Source: Candidatus Aminicenantales bacterium (GTDB lineage: Bacteria; Acidobacteriota; Aminicenantia; Aminicenantales; Aminicenantaceae). Taken from it: DNA of 64,000 nucleotides. Positions 18,640-27,386 of the stretch are shown here, in pieces (the first letter of the stretch is position 1; each line of letters opens with the position of its first letter). The notes below the pieces were generated by a model. The model was not told the DNA's origin, did no database searches, and saw only the letters and a list, made by a program, of their open reading frames with translations. A program made the position numbers and the translations under genes. The stretch spans positions 5,185 to 69,184 of the forward strand of contig JBHIDX010000007.1 in NCBI GenBank assembly GCA_046760305.1. The letters run 5' to 3'.

Positions 18640-19122
18640 TTACAAGGCTACTATCTCAGCTGTGAGTGACTTCTGGTCGAGAAGAACAACCGTTGGTCTG
18701 CCAGAAAGCCAGCCTCCCGCCTCTCCGGGGTTTATGAAGAGGGTGTTTTTTCTCTTTGTAACTTGGGGCTTATGTGTATGAGCGAAGACAGCGACATCGT
18801 ATTCCTTTGAGGCAGCATCTTTGTCGAGGACGAAATCAAGGTGGACGAGGAAAAAGTTGAGATTCTGGAAACTGAATGAATGCGGAGCTTCCTCTATTTC
18901 ACCCAAGGGTTCAAAGGCTTTCCTCAGTCCTTCTCTTTCGCCGTCGCAGTTGCCATAAACAGCTTTTACTCTGCACTTCAAGCCTCCGAGTTCCCTGGCA
19001 GCAAAGGGAGCGATAAAGTCACCAGCGTGGATGACCAGGCTGCATCGAGCGTCATTGAAAAGCTCAACAGCTCGCCTGATATTTGTGACGTTGTCATGGG
19101 AATCTGCCATGATTCCAATCAT
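18640..19122 (-). CDS. Metallophosphoesterase, YfcE/MJ0936 family
   Basis: MIGIMADSHDN…IHAGDF…GNCDGE…AHTHKP motifs. GGAGG-type SD (GAGGAGAGAGGG) upstream of ATG at 19122. The ORF-track 5' extension into low-complexity sequence was rejected. Confidence 0.8.
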   Translation of the reverse strand: MIGIMADSHDNVTNIRRAVELFNDARCSLVIHAGDFIAPFAARELGGLKCRVKAVYGNCDGEREGLRKAFEPLGEIEEAPHSFSFQNLNFFLVHLDFVLDKDAASKEYDVAVFAHTHKPQVTKRKNTLFINPGEAGGWLSGRPTVVLLDQKSLTAEIVAL

Positions 19123-19173
19123 CCCTCTCTCCTCAGTGCTCCTATTGTAGCAGAAAAAATCGAAAGTTTCAGT

Positions 19174-19653
19174 GTCCCGGCGTAAGCATCTTTTTTCCGT
19201 GATAATCAAACATAATATTAAAAGGAAGAAGAAAAAAGAAAAAGAAAGGAAAAAGAAAGAAGAAAGAAGAAAGGGGACGGGCCGCAGCAATTTATTTATA
19301 ATCAACAAATTACGTAATATTTTAACCCTAAAAAAGGCCTTAAATGCGATTTTTAAGGGCAAAAATCAATTTTAAACTTGAAGTGATTTTAAGAAAATCC
19401 TTAAAGCCCATTTTTGACCCCAAAAATGAAGTCTAAGGCATAAAATCGGCTTCATATTTGCATCTATCTTACTGATAACACTGAAATTAGTGAGGCCCGT
19501 CCCCTCTTATCCCTCTTATCCTTCTCTTATCCTTATCTTCTTATCTTATACCTTCCTCTTATACCTTATACCTCTTATACCCCTCTTATAACATAACCGT
19601 ACTCTTATAACCCTCTTATAATTATCACGCAAAAAAGATGCTTCCTGTCCCGG
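19174..19653. mobile_element. MITE-like non-autonomous element / large imperfect palindrome
   Basis: 21-bp terminal inverted repeats, GCATCTTTTTTCCGTGATAAT (19186-19206) and ATTATCACGCAAAAAAGATGC (19621-19641), with one mismatch. Flanking 7-bp direct repeats GTCCCGG at 19174-19180 and 19647-19653. Inside are a polypurine tract, GGGACGGGCC, an AT-rich core, GGCCCGTCCC, and a polypyrimidine tract with about 8 CCTCTTATA tandem units. No transposase. Confidence 0.55.
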
Positions 19654-19663
19654 TTATCTTCCT

Positions 19664-19692
19664 TTAACAAGCAGTAAATTTTGTGATAACAT
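19664..19692 (+). promoter_or_regulatory. Putative sigma70-type promoter for the ABC transporter operon (leaderless-like)
   Basis: TTAACA-N17-TAACAT ending about 12 nt before ATG 19705. No SD upstream of the ATG. Confidence 0.25.
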
Positions 19693-19704
19693 TCAGAAAG
19701 CTCA

Positions 19705-21213
19705 ATGCTGCTCCGTATGGAAAAAATAGAAAAATCATTTTCCGGAGTGCGTGTCCTCCACGGTGTTTCTTTTGAACTCAAGGAAGGAGAAATCCACGTT
19801 CTCGCCGGTGAAAACGGAGCGGGAAAAACTACCTTGATCAAGATTCTTTCCGGAGTTCACACTGATTATCAGGGTTTCATCCGCTTCAAAGGAGAATTAG
19901 TTCGCTTCAAATCACCCCAGGAAGCAGCTAAAAAGGGAATCGTTGCCATCCATCAGGAGCTTTCTTTGGTCAATTCGATGAGTGTCCTTGACAACATTTT
20001 CTTGGGGAGGGAAATCACACGACCCTCAGGATTCATCGATTATAGAGCCGAGCGGATAAAAGCCCGACCGATTCTCGAATGCCTGGGCCTGGAAGTCGAC
20101 CTTTCTCAGCCGGTTGAACATTATCCCTATTCTGTCCGCCAGATGGTAGAAATAGCCAAGACACTGGTAAACGATGCCCAGGTGATTGTCATGGATGAGC
20201 CTTCATCCGCCCTCTCCGAATTTGAAGTAAGAAAGCTCTTTAAAATCATCTCTGACCTAAAAAAAAGAGGATGCAGCCTTATTTACATCACTCACCGCCT
20301 CGAAGAAGTTTACCGCATCTCTGACCGGATCACTGTTCTTCGTGACGGACAGCATGTCGGCACAGCCTTAACTAGAGACCTCCATCCAGAAAAACTCATT
20401 CACTGGATGGTGGGCAGGGAAATCAGCCGGCAATTTCCTGAATACATTCACTGTCACGGAGAAGAAAGACTACGGGTAGGTTCACTTTTTGTCCCCGACC
20501 CCATGGGGATGAAGCGCTGGGTGGTGGAAAACATCTCTTTTTCTCTTCGTCAGGGCGAGATACTCGGGTTTGCCGGGCTTCAGGGTTCGGGAAAAAGCGA
20601 GCTTTTTCACGGCCTTTTTGGGTCTTTCGGCAGGGGAGTGAGGGGAAAAATTTTCCTTGACGGCAAACCAGTTGTTGTCCGCTCGCCTTCGGACTCGATC
20701 AGAGAAGGGATAGTCCTCTTGACCAATGACCGCAAGGGGACAGGGTTAATTCCTCCCTTGAATGTGGTTCACAACATCACTCTTGCCTCTTTAAGGAGAT
20801 TTTCTCCCCGGGGCTGGGTTCAGACTCAACGGGAGAATGAGCACAGTAAAAAATATGTGCAAAGACTCCAGATCAAGATTAATTCTTTAGACCAGGAGGT
20901 TCAAACTCTCTCCGGCGGCAACCAGCAGAAGGTCGTTCTGGCCAAATGGCTCGAGACAAATCCCCGGGTTTTGCTTCTCGATGAGCCAACTCTAGGAGTG
21001 GATGTGGGAGCCAAGCATGATATCTACTGTCTGATGAACGAGTGGAAATCCCAGGGGATATCCATGTGCCTCATCACTTCTGAGCTTCCAGAGCTGTTAG
21101 CCATGGCTGACCGTATCCTCGTTATGCACCGCGGCCGGAAGAAAGCGGAGTTTGCACGTGCTGAAGCTACCCAGGAAAAGCTGATGAAGGCTGCTGTAGG
21201 AGGAGAGGCTTGA
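19705..21213 (+). CDS. Sugar ABC transporter ATP-binding protein (tandem NBDs, RbsA/MglA/XylG type)
   Basis: Two Walker A motifs (GENGAGKTT and GLQGSGKSE). Two LSGG signatures. 502 aa. Confidence 0.88.
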   Translation: MLLRMEKIEKSFSGVRVLHGVSFELKEGEIHVLAGENGAGKTTLIKILSGVHTDYQGFIRFKGELVRFKSPQEAAKKGIVAIHQELSLVNSMSVLDNIFLGREITRPSGFIDYRAERIKARPILECLGLEVDLSQPVEHYPYSVRQMVEIAKTLVNDAQVIVMDEPSSALSEFEVRKLFKIISDLKKRGCSLIYITHRLEEVYRISDRITVLRDGQHVGTALTRDLHPEKLIHWMVGREISRQFPEYIHCHGEERLRVGSLFVPDPMGMKRWVVENISFSLRQGEILGFAGLQGSGKSELFHGLFGSFGRGVRGKIFLDGKPVVVRSPSDSIREGIVLLTNDRKGTGLIPPLNVVHNITLASLRRFSPRGWVQTQRENEHSKKYVQRLQIKINSLDQEVQTLSGGNQQKVVLAKWLETNPRVLLLDEPTLGVDVGAKHDIYCLMNEWKSQGISMCLITSELPELLAMADRILVMHRGRKKAEFARAEATQEKLMKAAVGGEA

Positions 21214-22202
21214 TTAAGAAAAGTGGACTTATTGCTCTCTTCAGCTCTCCTTTTGTCAGGGCATTTCTGGCTCTCGTTTTTGTTTTTGTTATCGGAATTG
21301 TCTTCAACGCTAATGGTGCTTTTTTCAAGTGGGAGACCCATCGTGATATGTTCCGCCATATTTCTGTTTTTGCCATTCTGGCTTGCGGGATGACAATGGT
21401 CATCATTGCCGCTGGCATCGATCTTTCGGTGGGAAGCTTGCTCGGGTGGAGTGCTGTCCTCTTTTCCATCCTCACCATTCAGAAAAGCCTCTCTCCACTG
21501 TTGGCAGTGCCTGTAGTACTCGTAACCGGACTTGCCTGTGGGATGATTTCTGGAGGTATCATAGCCCGCTTCAAAGTCCAGCCTTTTATCGCTACTTTAG
21601 CCATGATGGTTTTTGCCCGAGGAATGGCTAAATGGATATCAGGAGGAAGAAAGATTTCAACCGCTGTTCTTGACGCCTCGGGGAATTACCGTTATGTGGA
21701 AGTGCCGGGCGTTTTCAATTTTCTCAATTCCAAAGTCCTTCACCAAAACCTGGCCGTGGTGACTTTGATTTTCTTGGGTTGTGCTCTGTTGAGCTGGGTG
21801 CTTCTTTCCAAATTTCGCTTTGGCCGCTATTTATACGCTATCGGCGGCAATGAGGAAGCAGCCAGGCTTTCGGGTGTTCCAGTGGGAAAGACGAAGCTCT
21901 TTGCCTACGGCCTGAGCGGGCTCTTCAGCGCTGTGGCCGGCATCTGTCAGGCTGCTCAAGAGCTGCAGGGTGATCCTGAGGCAGGAATGACATATGAGCT
22001 TACTGCTATTGCCATTGTCGTCATCGGGGGCACAAGCCTCATGGGAGGAAAGGGAGGGATTGGCCTGACCATTGTCGGTGCGCTGACTATAGGGTATCTG
22101 GAAAAAATCTTGAGCGTTAACGCTGTTGGTGAGGCCAGCCGGTTGATGCTTACCGGAGCGATTATTGTTGGAGCAGTCCTCTTCCAGCGCGCTCGGAAGT
22201 GA
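21210..22202 (+). CDS. Sugar ABC transporter permease (RbsC/AraH-like)
   Basis: Polytopic membrane protein with the conserved GGxxxxGG region. Its start overlaps the ATPase stop by 4 nt. Confidence 0.85.
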   Translation: MIKKSGLIALFSSPFVRAFLALVFVFVIGIVFNANGAFFKWETHRDMFRHISVFAILACGMTMVIIAAGIDLSVGSLLGWSAVLFSILTIQKSLSPLLAVPVVLVTGLACGMISGGIIARFKVQPFIATLAMMVFARGMAKWISGGRKISTAVLDASGNYRYVEVPGVFNFLNSKVLHQNLAVVTLIFLGCALLSWVLLSKFRFGRYLYAIGGNEEAARLSGVPVGKTKLFAYGLSGLFSAVAGICQAAQELQGDPEAGMTYELTAIAIVVIGGTSLMGGKGGIGLTIVGALTIGYLEKILSVNAVGEASRLMLTGAIIVGAVLFQRARK

Positions 22203-22268
22203 AATGTTAGGTTGAAAAGAGCAGGATGAGGATGAATAATGAAAGCAGTTTTTTAGGTCGAGGGAAAA

Positions 22269-23246
22269 ATGGCTAAAAGTAACTTTTTTTTGATTGGCCT
22301 CATCATGGCCGGCCTTTTCTTCTGGTCCTGTAAGGGCCACCGGGAAGAAAACCTGGCTAAGAAAGAAAGGGGAGAGGAAGCAAAGCCGGGATGGACGATC
22401 GGGATGAGCCAGTGTAATTTGGGTGAACCGTGGAGAGTTCAGATGAACCTGGACATCAAGAACGAGGCAGAGAAGCATCCTGAGATAAGAGTGATTTTTA
22501 AGGATGCCCAGAATGATTCTCTTCGTCAGAGAGCCCAGATCGAGGAGTTCATAAATTCCGGAGTGGACCTGATAATCGTTTCTCCCAAGGAAGCAGCACC
22601 GCTTACCCCACCGGTAGCAGCTGCCTACGAGCAGGGGATCCCGGTCGTCGTCCTTGACCGCCGCGTGCTAGGAGATAAGTATACCTGCTTCATAGGTGCT
22701 GATAACAAGAAAATTGGCAGGGCAGCAGGACGCTGGGTTGTCGAGCGCTTGGGCGGGAAAGGCAAAGTTGTGGAGCTTAAAGGACTGATGACCTCTACCC
22801 CTGGTCAGGACAGGCATACCGGGTTTAGAGAAGGAATCGGGGGGAGTGAAATTGAGGTCATTTTTGAAGCGGATATGAAGTGGCTTGAGCCTGAAGCGAG
22901 AGAAGAGATGGAATCAGCTCTGGCCCGTTTTCCCGACATTGACCTCGTCTATGCTCATAATGACCCTGGGGCACATGGTGCCTACCTGGCCGCAAAGGCC
23001 TCAGGCCGGGAAAAGGAGATTATTTTTATCGGCATCGACGGTCTTCCCCACGAAGGTCAAGTGTATGTTCGGCAGGGAATCCTCGAAGCCAGCTTTGAAT
23101 ACCCTACTGGAGGAAAAGAAGCTGTCCAGGTCGCGCTCCAGATTCTCCAGAAAAAAAAAGTTCCTAAGGAAATTGTCCTTCCTTCTCGAGTCTTCACCGC
23201 ACAAAACATCGGCCGGGGCGGCGAATATATTGATGGAGAAGATTAA
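22269..23246 (+). CDS. Sugar ABC transporter periplasmic substrate-binding lipoprotein (PBP type I, RbsB-like)
   Basis: Lipobox LFFWSC. Periplasmic binding fold (…VDLIIVSP…VVVLDR…YAHNDPGAHGA…). Confidence 0.82.
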   Translation: MAKSNFFLIGLIMAGLFFWSCKGHREENLAKKERGEEAKPGWTIGMSQCNLGEPWRVQMNLDIKNEAEKHPEIRVIFKDAQNDSLRQRAQIEEFINSGVDLIIVSPKEAAPLTPPVAAAYEQGIPVVVLDRRVLGDKYTCFIGADNKKIGRAAGRWVVERLGGKGKVVELKGLMTSTPGQDRHTGFREGIGGSEIEVIFEADMKWLEPEAREEMESALARFPDIDLVYAHNDPGAHGAYLAAKASGREKEIIFIGIDGLPHEGQVYVRQGILEASFEYPTGGKEAVQVALQILQKKKVPKEIVLPSRVFTAQNIGRGGEYIDGED

Positions 23247-23268
23247 AAAGACAAGAGGAAAAGAACTC

Positions 23269-24783
23269 ATGAGAAAGGTAGTGGATATTTATTTACCGCT
23301 TGATAGCCGCGAGGAGCCGAACAGAATTGTCTGGCCGGTGACGAAGAAACAACTTAAAGAACTCACCAGAGTCATCGAAAAATGCGGCTGGAAAGCTTGT
23401 GTGTTAAACCCTCACAAGCCAGTGGCCAGTGTGGCTGAGGGAATGAGAACCATTGAGAAGGCCAGGGGAGAGAGGTTCATCAATTTCATGGGAGGCTGGG
23501 CCTATCCCGATTTTTCTGTCAGTCCGATGGCCCAGCTGCCAGAAGAGGTGCCCAAACTCTTGGTTGGAAGTGCCATTCCCGATTTTCCCGGGAACGTGGG
23601 GCTTTTTGCCGCTGCTTCAGGTTTGGCTCAGGTGGGTATTGAAACAGAGCGCGTTTTTATCGAGGAATTCAGCAAGCACGATACTTATGAGGATGATATC
23701 GCTTCTTTCTTAAGGGATGGAAAAATTAAAAGACATCTTCCCCAAACCATCGATATCGCTGTCACTGAGGCTCAAAGGGAAAAGGCAAGGAAGGTTAAGG
23801 ACAAACTCCGTGGAATGATATACGGTGCGGTCGGCCCGCGCTCGATGCAGATGTGGAACAAAGTTAGCGAAGCTGATTTCCTTCGTTATTTCGGAATTGC
23901 CAGAGAAGGTTTTGACGGACTTCGCCTGCTGAAGATGGCGGAAAAGGTGAGTGATAAGCGCGCAGAGAAAGCCATGAATTTCCTCATCGACAAGGGGATG
24001 GAGATTCGGCTGGGAAAGGACCCGCAGAGGCATCTAACGAAAGAGATGGTCATTTTTCAGATGAAAGTTTATTTTGCCCTTCTCGAGCTCAAGGAGCAGT
24101 TCGGCCTGGATTTTGTCGGGGTCCAGGACCAGCTCGATTGGATCGAACATTATCCCGCCACAGATTTGACTTTGGGAATCCTGAATAACAAGCTCAGACC
24201 TGAAGGTGAGGAGACGACTCTGGTTGCCGCCACCGAAGCAGATGATGGTGCGGCCATCACCATGCAGGTCCTCAAGCTCCTCAACGGAGGAGAACCGGTG
24301 GGTTTCAACGACCTTCGTTACTGGGAGCCGAGGAAGGGACTTTACTGGTTTGTCAATTCCGGTGCTCTAGCGCCTTATTTTGCTTACGGTAGCCACGATT
24401 CTTTAAAGGGAGCCTGGTCCGAGAGACAGCCTTACATGTATTTTAAGCAAGGAGGAGGAACGTGTAGTGTGGTTGTCCGTATCCCCGGTGTAGTCACCTG
24501 GGCACGCTTCTCTTACCGTAATTATGGCTTGTATTTGTGTGCAGGAAGGGGGGTAACTGATGTGCCAACCGAGAACGAATGGCACAAACGTTCTGCACGG
24601 TGTAACCCTGAATGGCCTCACTGGTACCTTAAACTTTGCGCAAAGGTGGAGTGGAAAGTGAACTCCAATCATCCTCTCACAGTCTGTGGGGATTATCTGG
24701 CTGAGCTCAAAGCTCTGGCAGAGGAGTTAGACATTCCGTTTGAATGCTACGATCATCTAAAGCCTGAGGACATTCCTCGATAA
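23269..24783 (+). CDS. L-fucose isomerase family (FucI-like) sugar isomerase
   Basis: 504 aa. C-terminal region typical of the FucI/AraA-like family. AGAGGAAAAG SD sits 6-16 nt upstream of ATG 23269. The ORF-track start at 22885 runs through the SBP gene and was rejected. Confidence 0.5.
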   Translation: MRKVVDIYLPLDSREEPNRIVWPVTKKQLKELTRVIEKCGWKACVLNPHKPVASVAEGMRTIEKARGERFINFMGGWAYPDFSVSPMAQLPEEVPKLLVGSAIPDFPGNVGLFAAASGLAQVGIETERVFIEEFSKHDTYEDDIASFLRDGKIKRHLPQTIDIAVTEAQREKARKVKDKLRGMIYGAVGPRSMQMWNKVSEADFLRYFGIAREGFDGLRLLKMAEKVSDKRAEKAMNFLIDKGMEIRLGKDPQRHLTKEMVIFQMKVYFALLELKEQFGLDFVGVQDQLDWIEHYPATDLTLGILNNKLRPEGEETTLVAATEADDGAAITMQVLKLLNGGEPVGFNDLRYWEPRKGLYWFVNSGALAPYFAYGSHDSLKGAWSERQPYMYFKQGGGTCSVVVRIPGVVTWARFSYRNYGLYLCAGRGVTDVPTENEWHKRSARCNPEWPHWYLKLCAKVEWKVNSNHPLTVCGDYLAELKALAEELDIPFECYDHLKPEDIPR

Positions 24784-25208
24784 AATATCACCGATTAAAT
24801 TTAGCTGCCACCACCGGTCTTCTCCAGTCAAAAACACAATTTCATAAGACTCTATTGTTTGTCCAAGATGACTTTTAACCATCGGCAGAATGCTTAACTT
24901 TTAGATGCTGCCTTACTTTCTCCTCGATCTTTTTTCGGGCTTCAAGCCGGGAAAGCCAGTCGCTCGGCAGAGCACTAGCTCCTGAGCGGGCTCCTGCCCC
25001 TGCTCCGGCCATCGCTCCTACCCGTAATTGAAGGCATAAACTTTTAGACCCTGGTTGACTTTTTTTCGACTCCTTCCTATACTCGCTTCTAAAGTTGAGA
25101 AAAAAACAGAATTGAAAAAGGAAAACCGAGTAAATGGATCACCCTTAATGCTTTACATGCTTTAAAGCTCTATTATGGATAAAGTCGGAATCTCGCCTTA
25201 CTGCTCTA

Positions 25209-25238
25209 TTGACACCTATAGGCTTTATTTTTTATCAT
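25209..25238 (+). promoter_or_regulatory. Putative promoter for tRNA-Val
   Basis: TTGACA (25209-25214), a 17-18 nt spacer, then TATCAT. It ends about 20 nt before the tRNA 5' end. Confidence 0.4.
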
Positions 25239-25257
25239 ATATTAGCTTTGTGAAGGC

Positions 25258-25332
25258 AGGCGCGTAGCTCAGTGGTAGAGTGCTTCCTTGACGCGGAAGA
25301 GGTCGAGGGTTCGATACCCTCCGCGCCTACCA
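25258..25332 (+). tRNA. tRNA-Val (anticodon GAC)
   Basis: 7-bp acceptor stem AGGCGCG/CGCGCCT. D arm GCTCAGTGGTAGAG. Anticodon stem CTTCC/GGAAG with loop TTGACGC. T arm GAGGGTTCGATACCCTC. Encoded CCA. Confidence 0.9.
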
Positions 25333-25410
25333 ATTTATTTTGGAGTTATCATTTTGTACATTGGAAGAGATAAATGAGTACCGCAGCTTGCTCTCTACAT
25401 ACAGTGTTTA

Positions 25411-27333
25411 ATGGCTGAGTTTGTCAAGGTAAGTATAGAGGGGTCTGAATTTTCAGTCGAAAAAGGAACTCCTCTCTCCGAGCTTATTCCTCGCCTTGGG
25501 CTCGTGGAAAAACCCATCTTGGCCAGAAAGGACGGTGAGCTGGTGGACCTCAGCACGCCTCTTGAGGATGAAATGGAAGTGAGAATGGTCTACAGAGATT
25601 CGGATGAAGCCCTCGAGGTACTGCGCCACAGTGCCTCTCACCTGCTCGCCCATGCTGTTCTAGAGCTATTTCCAGGAACACTGTACGGGATTGGCCCCGC
25701 TGTTGAGAACGGTTTTTACTATGATTTTTTAAGGGATAAGCCGTTTGCTCCCCAAGACCTGGAAGCCATCGAGAAGAAGATGAGAGAGTTGAGCAACAAA
25801 GACCTCCCTATTGAGAAAGTTGTCTATTCAAAAAGAAAGGCGCTCGATATTTTTAAACAGCTCGGTCAGGAGTTGAAAGCGGAGCTTATCCAGGAGAAAG
25901 CAGAGAAGCAGGTTACCTGTTACAGGCAGGGAGATTTTATAGATTTCTGTCTCGGTCCCCATCTCCCCTCAACAGGCCATATCAAACATTTCAAAATCCT
26001 ATCTTCTTCCGGTGCTTACTGGAAAGGTGATGAGGAGGGGATTCAGCTTCAGAGAATTTACGGTACTGCCTTTTTCGAGAAAAAACAGCTCGAGGAACAT
26101 CTCAGACTGCTTGAGGAGGCGAAGAAGCGTGACCACAGAAGGCTTGGCCAGGAGCTTGATCTCTTCAGCTTCAACGAGAGTTTAGGAGCCGGGCTTGTTC
26201 TCTGGCACCCCAGAGGAGCAAAAATTAGACAGCTTATCGAGAATTACTGGCGCCAGGAGCACATTAATGACGGCTACGAATTTCTCTTCACACCCCATGT
26301 AGCCAAGCTCGATGTCTGGAGGAGAAGCGGACACACAGAATTCTATGATGCTCTCTATCCTCCTCTCATCTCAGAGGGTGTGGAGTATGAGCTCAAGCCG
26401 ATGAACTGCCCTTTTCATATCATGGTTTTCAACTCACGGCAGCGCAGCTACCGCGAGCTTCCTCTCCGCTGGGCAGAGCTGGGCACGGTTTACCGCTTTG
26501 AACGCAGTGGTGTACTCCACGGATTGCTGAGGGTAAGGGGATTCACCCAGGATGATGCCCACATCTTCTGCCGTCCAGATCAGCTGGAAGAGGAAATAGG
26601 AAGAGTCATCCACCTCACGCTGAGAATGTTGAAAACATTTGGGTTTAAAGAATTTGACATCTATCTCTCCACCAAGCCGGAGAAGTATGTGGGTTCGGAT
26701 GATGACTGGGAGAAGGCCACCAGCGCCCTGAGGAACTCCCTCCTCACTGAGAAGCTTGAGTTCAGGATAGATGAAGGACAGGGAGTTTTTTACGGACCAA
26801 AAATAGACATCAAGATAAAGGATGTCCTCCTCAGATCATGGCAGTGCACGACCATCCAGCTTGATTTTAATCTAGCTGAGAGGTTTAACCTTAGCTACAT
26901 CGGGGATGACGGCAGAGAGCACCGGCCCTTTATGATCCACAGGGCTCTTCTCGGATCCCTGGAGAGGTTTTTCGGTATTCTCATCGAGCACTACAACGGA
27001 AATTTCCCTCTCTGGCTTGCCCCAACCCAGATTATTATCCTTCCCATAGCAGACCGCCACAACGAGTACGCTTTCTCCCTTGCTGAGAGATGCAGGAGTT
27101 TCGGTCTCAGGACTGAGGTTGATGTCCGCCGGGAAAAAATAGGCCACAAAATAAGGGAAGCAGAGAAAATGAAAATACCCTTCATGCTCGTTGTTGGAGA
27201 TAAAGAAATGAACCACAAGAATGCTTCCCTGAGGATTCATACTCTCGGAGATAGGGGACAGGTAGAGGTGGATGAATTTCTTGAAAAAGTGAGTGAATTA
27301 GATAAGAATAAATCATTGGAAGTAAACATATAA
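25411..27333 (+). CDS. thrS: Threonyl-tRNA synthetase
   Basis: TGS N-terminal domain, editing domain with HSASHLLAHAV, class II core motifs, C-terminal anticodon-binding domain. 640 aa. Confidence 0.93.
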   Translation: MAEFVKVSIEGSEFSVEKGTPLSELIPRLGLVEKPILARKDGELVDLSTPLEDEMEVRMVYRDSDEALEVLRHSASHLLAHAVLELFPGTLYGIGPAVENGFYYDFLRDKPFAPQDLEAIEKKMRELSNKDLPIEKVVYSKRKALDIFKQLGQELKAELIQEKAEKQVTCYRQGDFIDFCLGPHLPSTGHIKHFKILSSSGAYWKGDEEGIQLQRIYGTAFFEKKQLEEHLRLLEEAKKRDHRRLGQELDLFSFNESLGAGLVLWHPRGAKIRQLIENYWRQEHINDGYEFLFTPHVAKLDVWRRSGHTEFYDALYPPLISEGVEYELKPMNCPFHIMVFNSRQRSYRELPLRWAELGTVYRFERSGVLHGLLRVRGFTQDDAHIFCRPDQLEEEIGRVIHLTLRMLKTFGFKEFDIYLSTKPEKYVGSDDDWEKATSALRNSLLTEKLEFRIDEGQGVFYGPKIDIKIKDVLLRSWQCTTIQLDFNLAERFNLSYIGDDGREHRPFMIHRALLGSLERFFGILIEHYNGNFPLWLAPTQIIILPIADRHNEYAFSLAERCRSFGLRTEVDVRREKIGHKIREAEKMKIPFMLVVGDKEMNHKNASLRIHTLGDRGQVEVDEFLEKVSELDKNKSLEVNI

Positions 27334-27386
27334 CATGGATTATTCATTCATTTTTTATGAATATTTCAGGCTAAAGGAGGTTTGAC

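Noticed and set aside
18640-19362. 240-aa version of the metallophosphoesterase with an FFFLSFSFFFF N-terminus
   Set aside because: The N-terminal 80 codons translate low-complexity repeat DNA of the MITE-like element. The conserved family N-terminus MIGIMADSHDN with a strong SD marks the true start at 19122.
19172-19375. 67-aa K-rich ORF MSRRKHLFSVIIKHNIKRKKKKEKERKKKEERRKG
   Set aside because: Pure translation of the polypurine tract of the MITE-like element. No RBS and no coding periodicity.
19495-19620. Possible CRISPR array suggested by tandem CCTCTTATA / CTCTTATCC units
   Set aside because: Units are 8-9 bp with no unique spacers of 25-40 bp and no cas genes nearby. This is a microsatellite-like polypyrimidine tract forming the arm of a palindrome.
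22885-23268. ORF-track 5' extension of the FucI-like gene giving a 632-aa protein
   Set aside because: The extension is read in an alternate frame across the substrate-binding-protein gene. A good SD and ATG at 23269 directly after the SBP stop give a typical roughly 500-aa isomerase.
24895-24935. Hairpin GGGCTTCAAGCC near a T-run as a terminator for the FucI-like gene
   Set aside because: The T-run precedes rather than follows the stem on the + strand, and the stem is only 3-4 bp. This is not a convincing intrinsic terminator.
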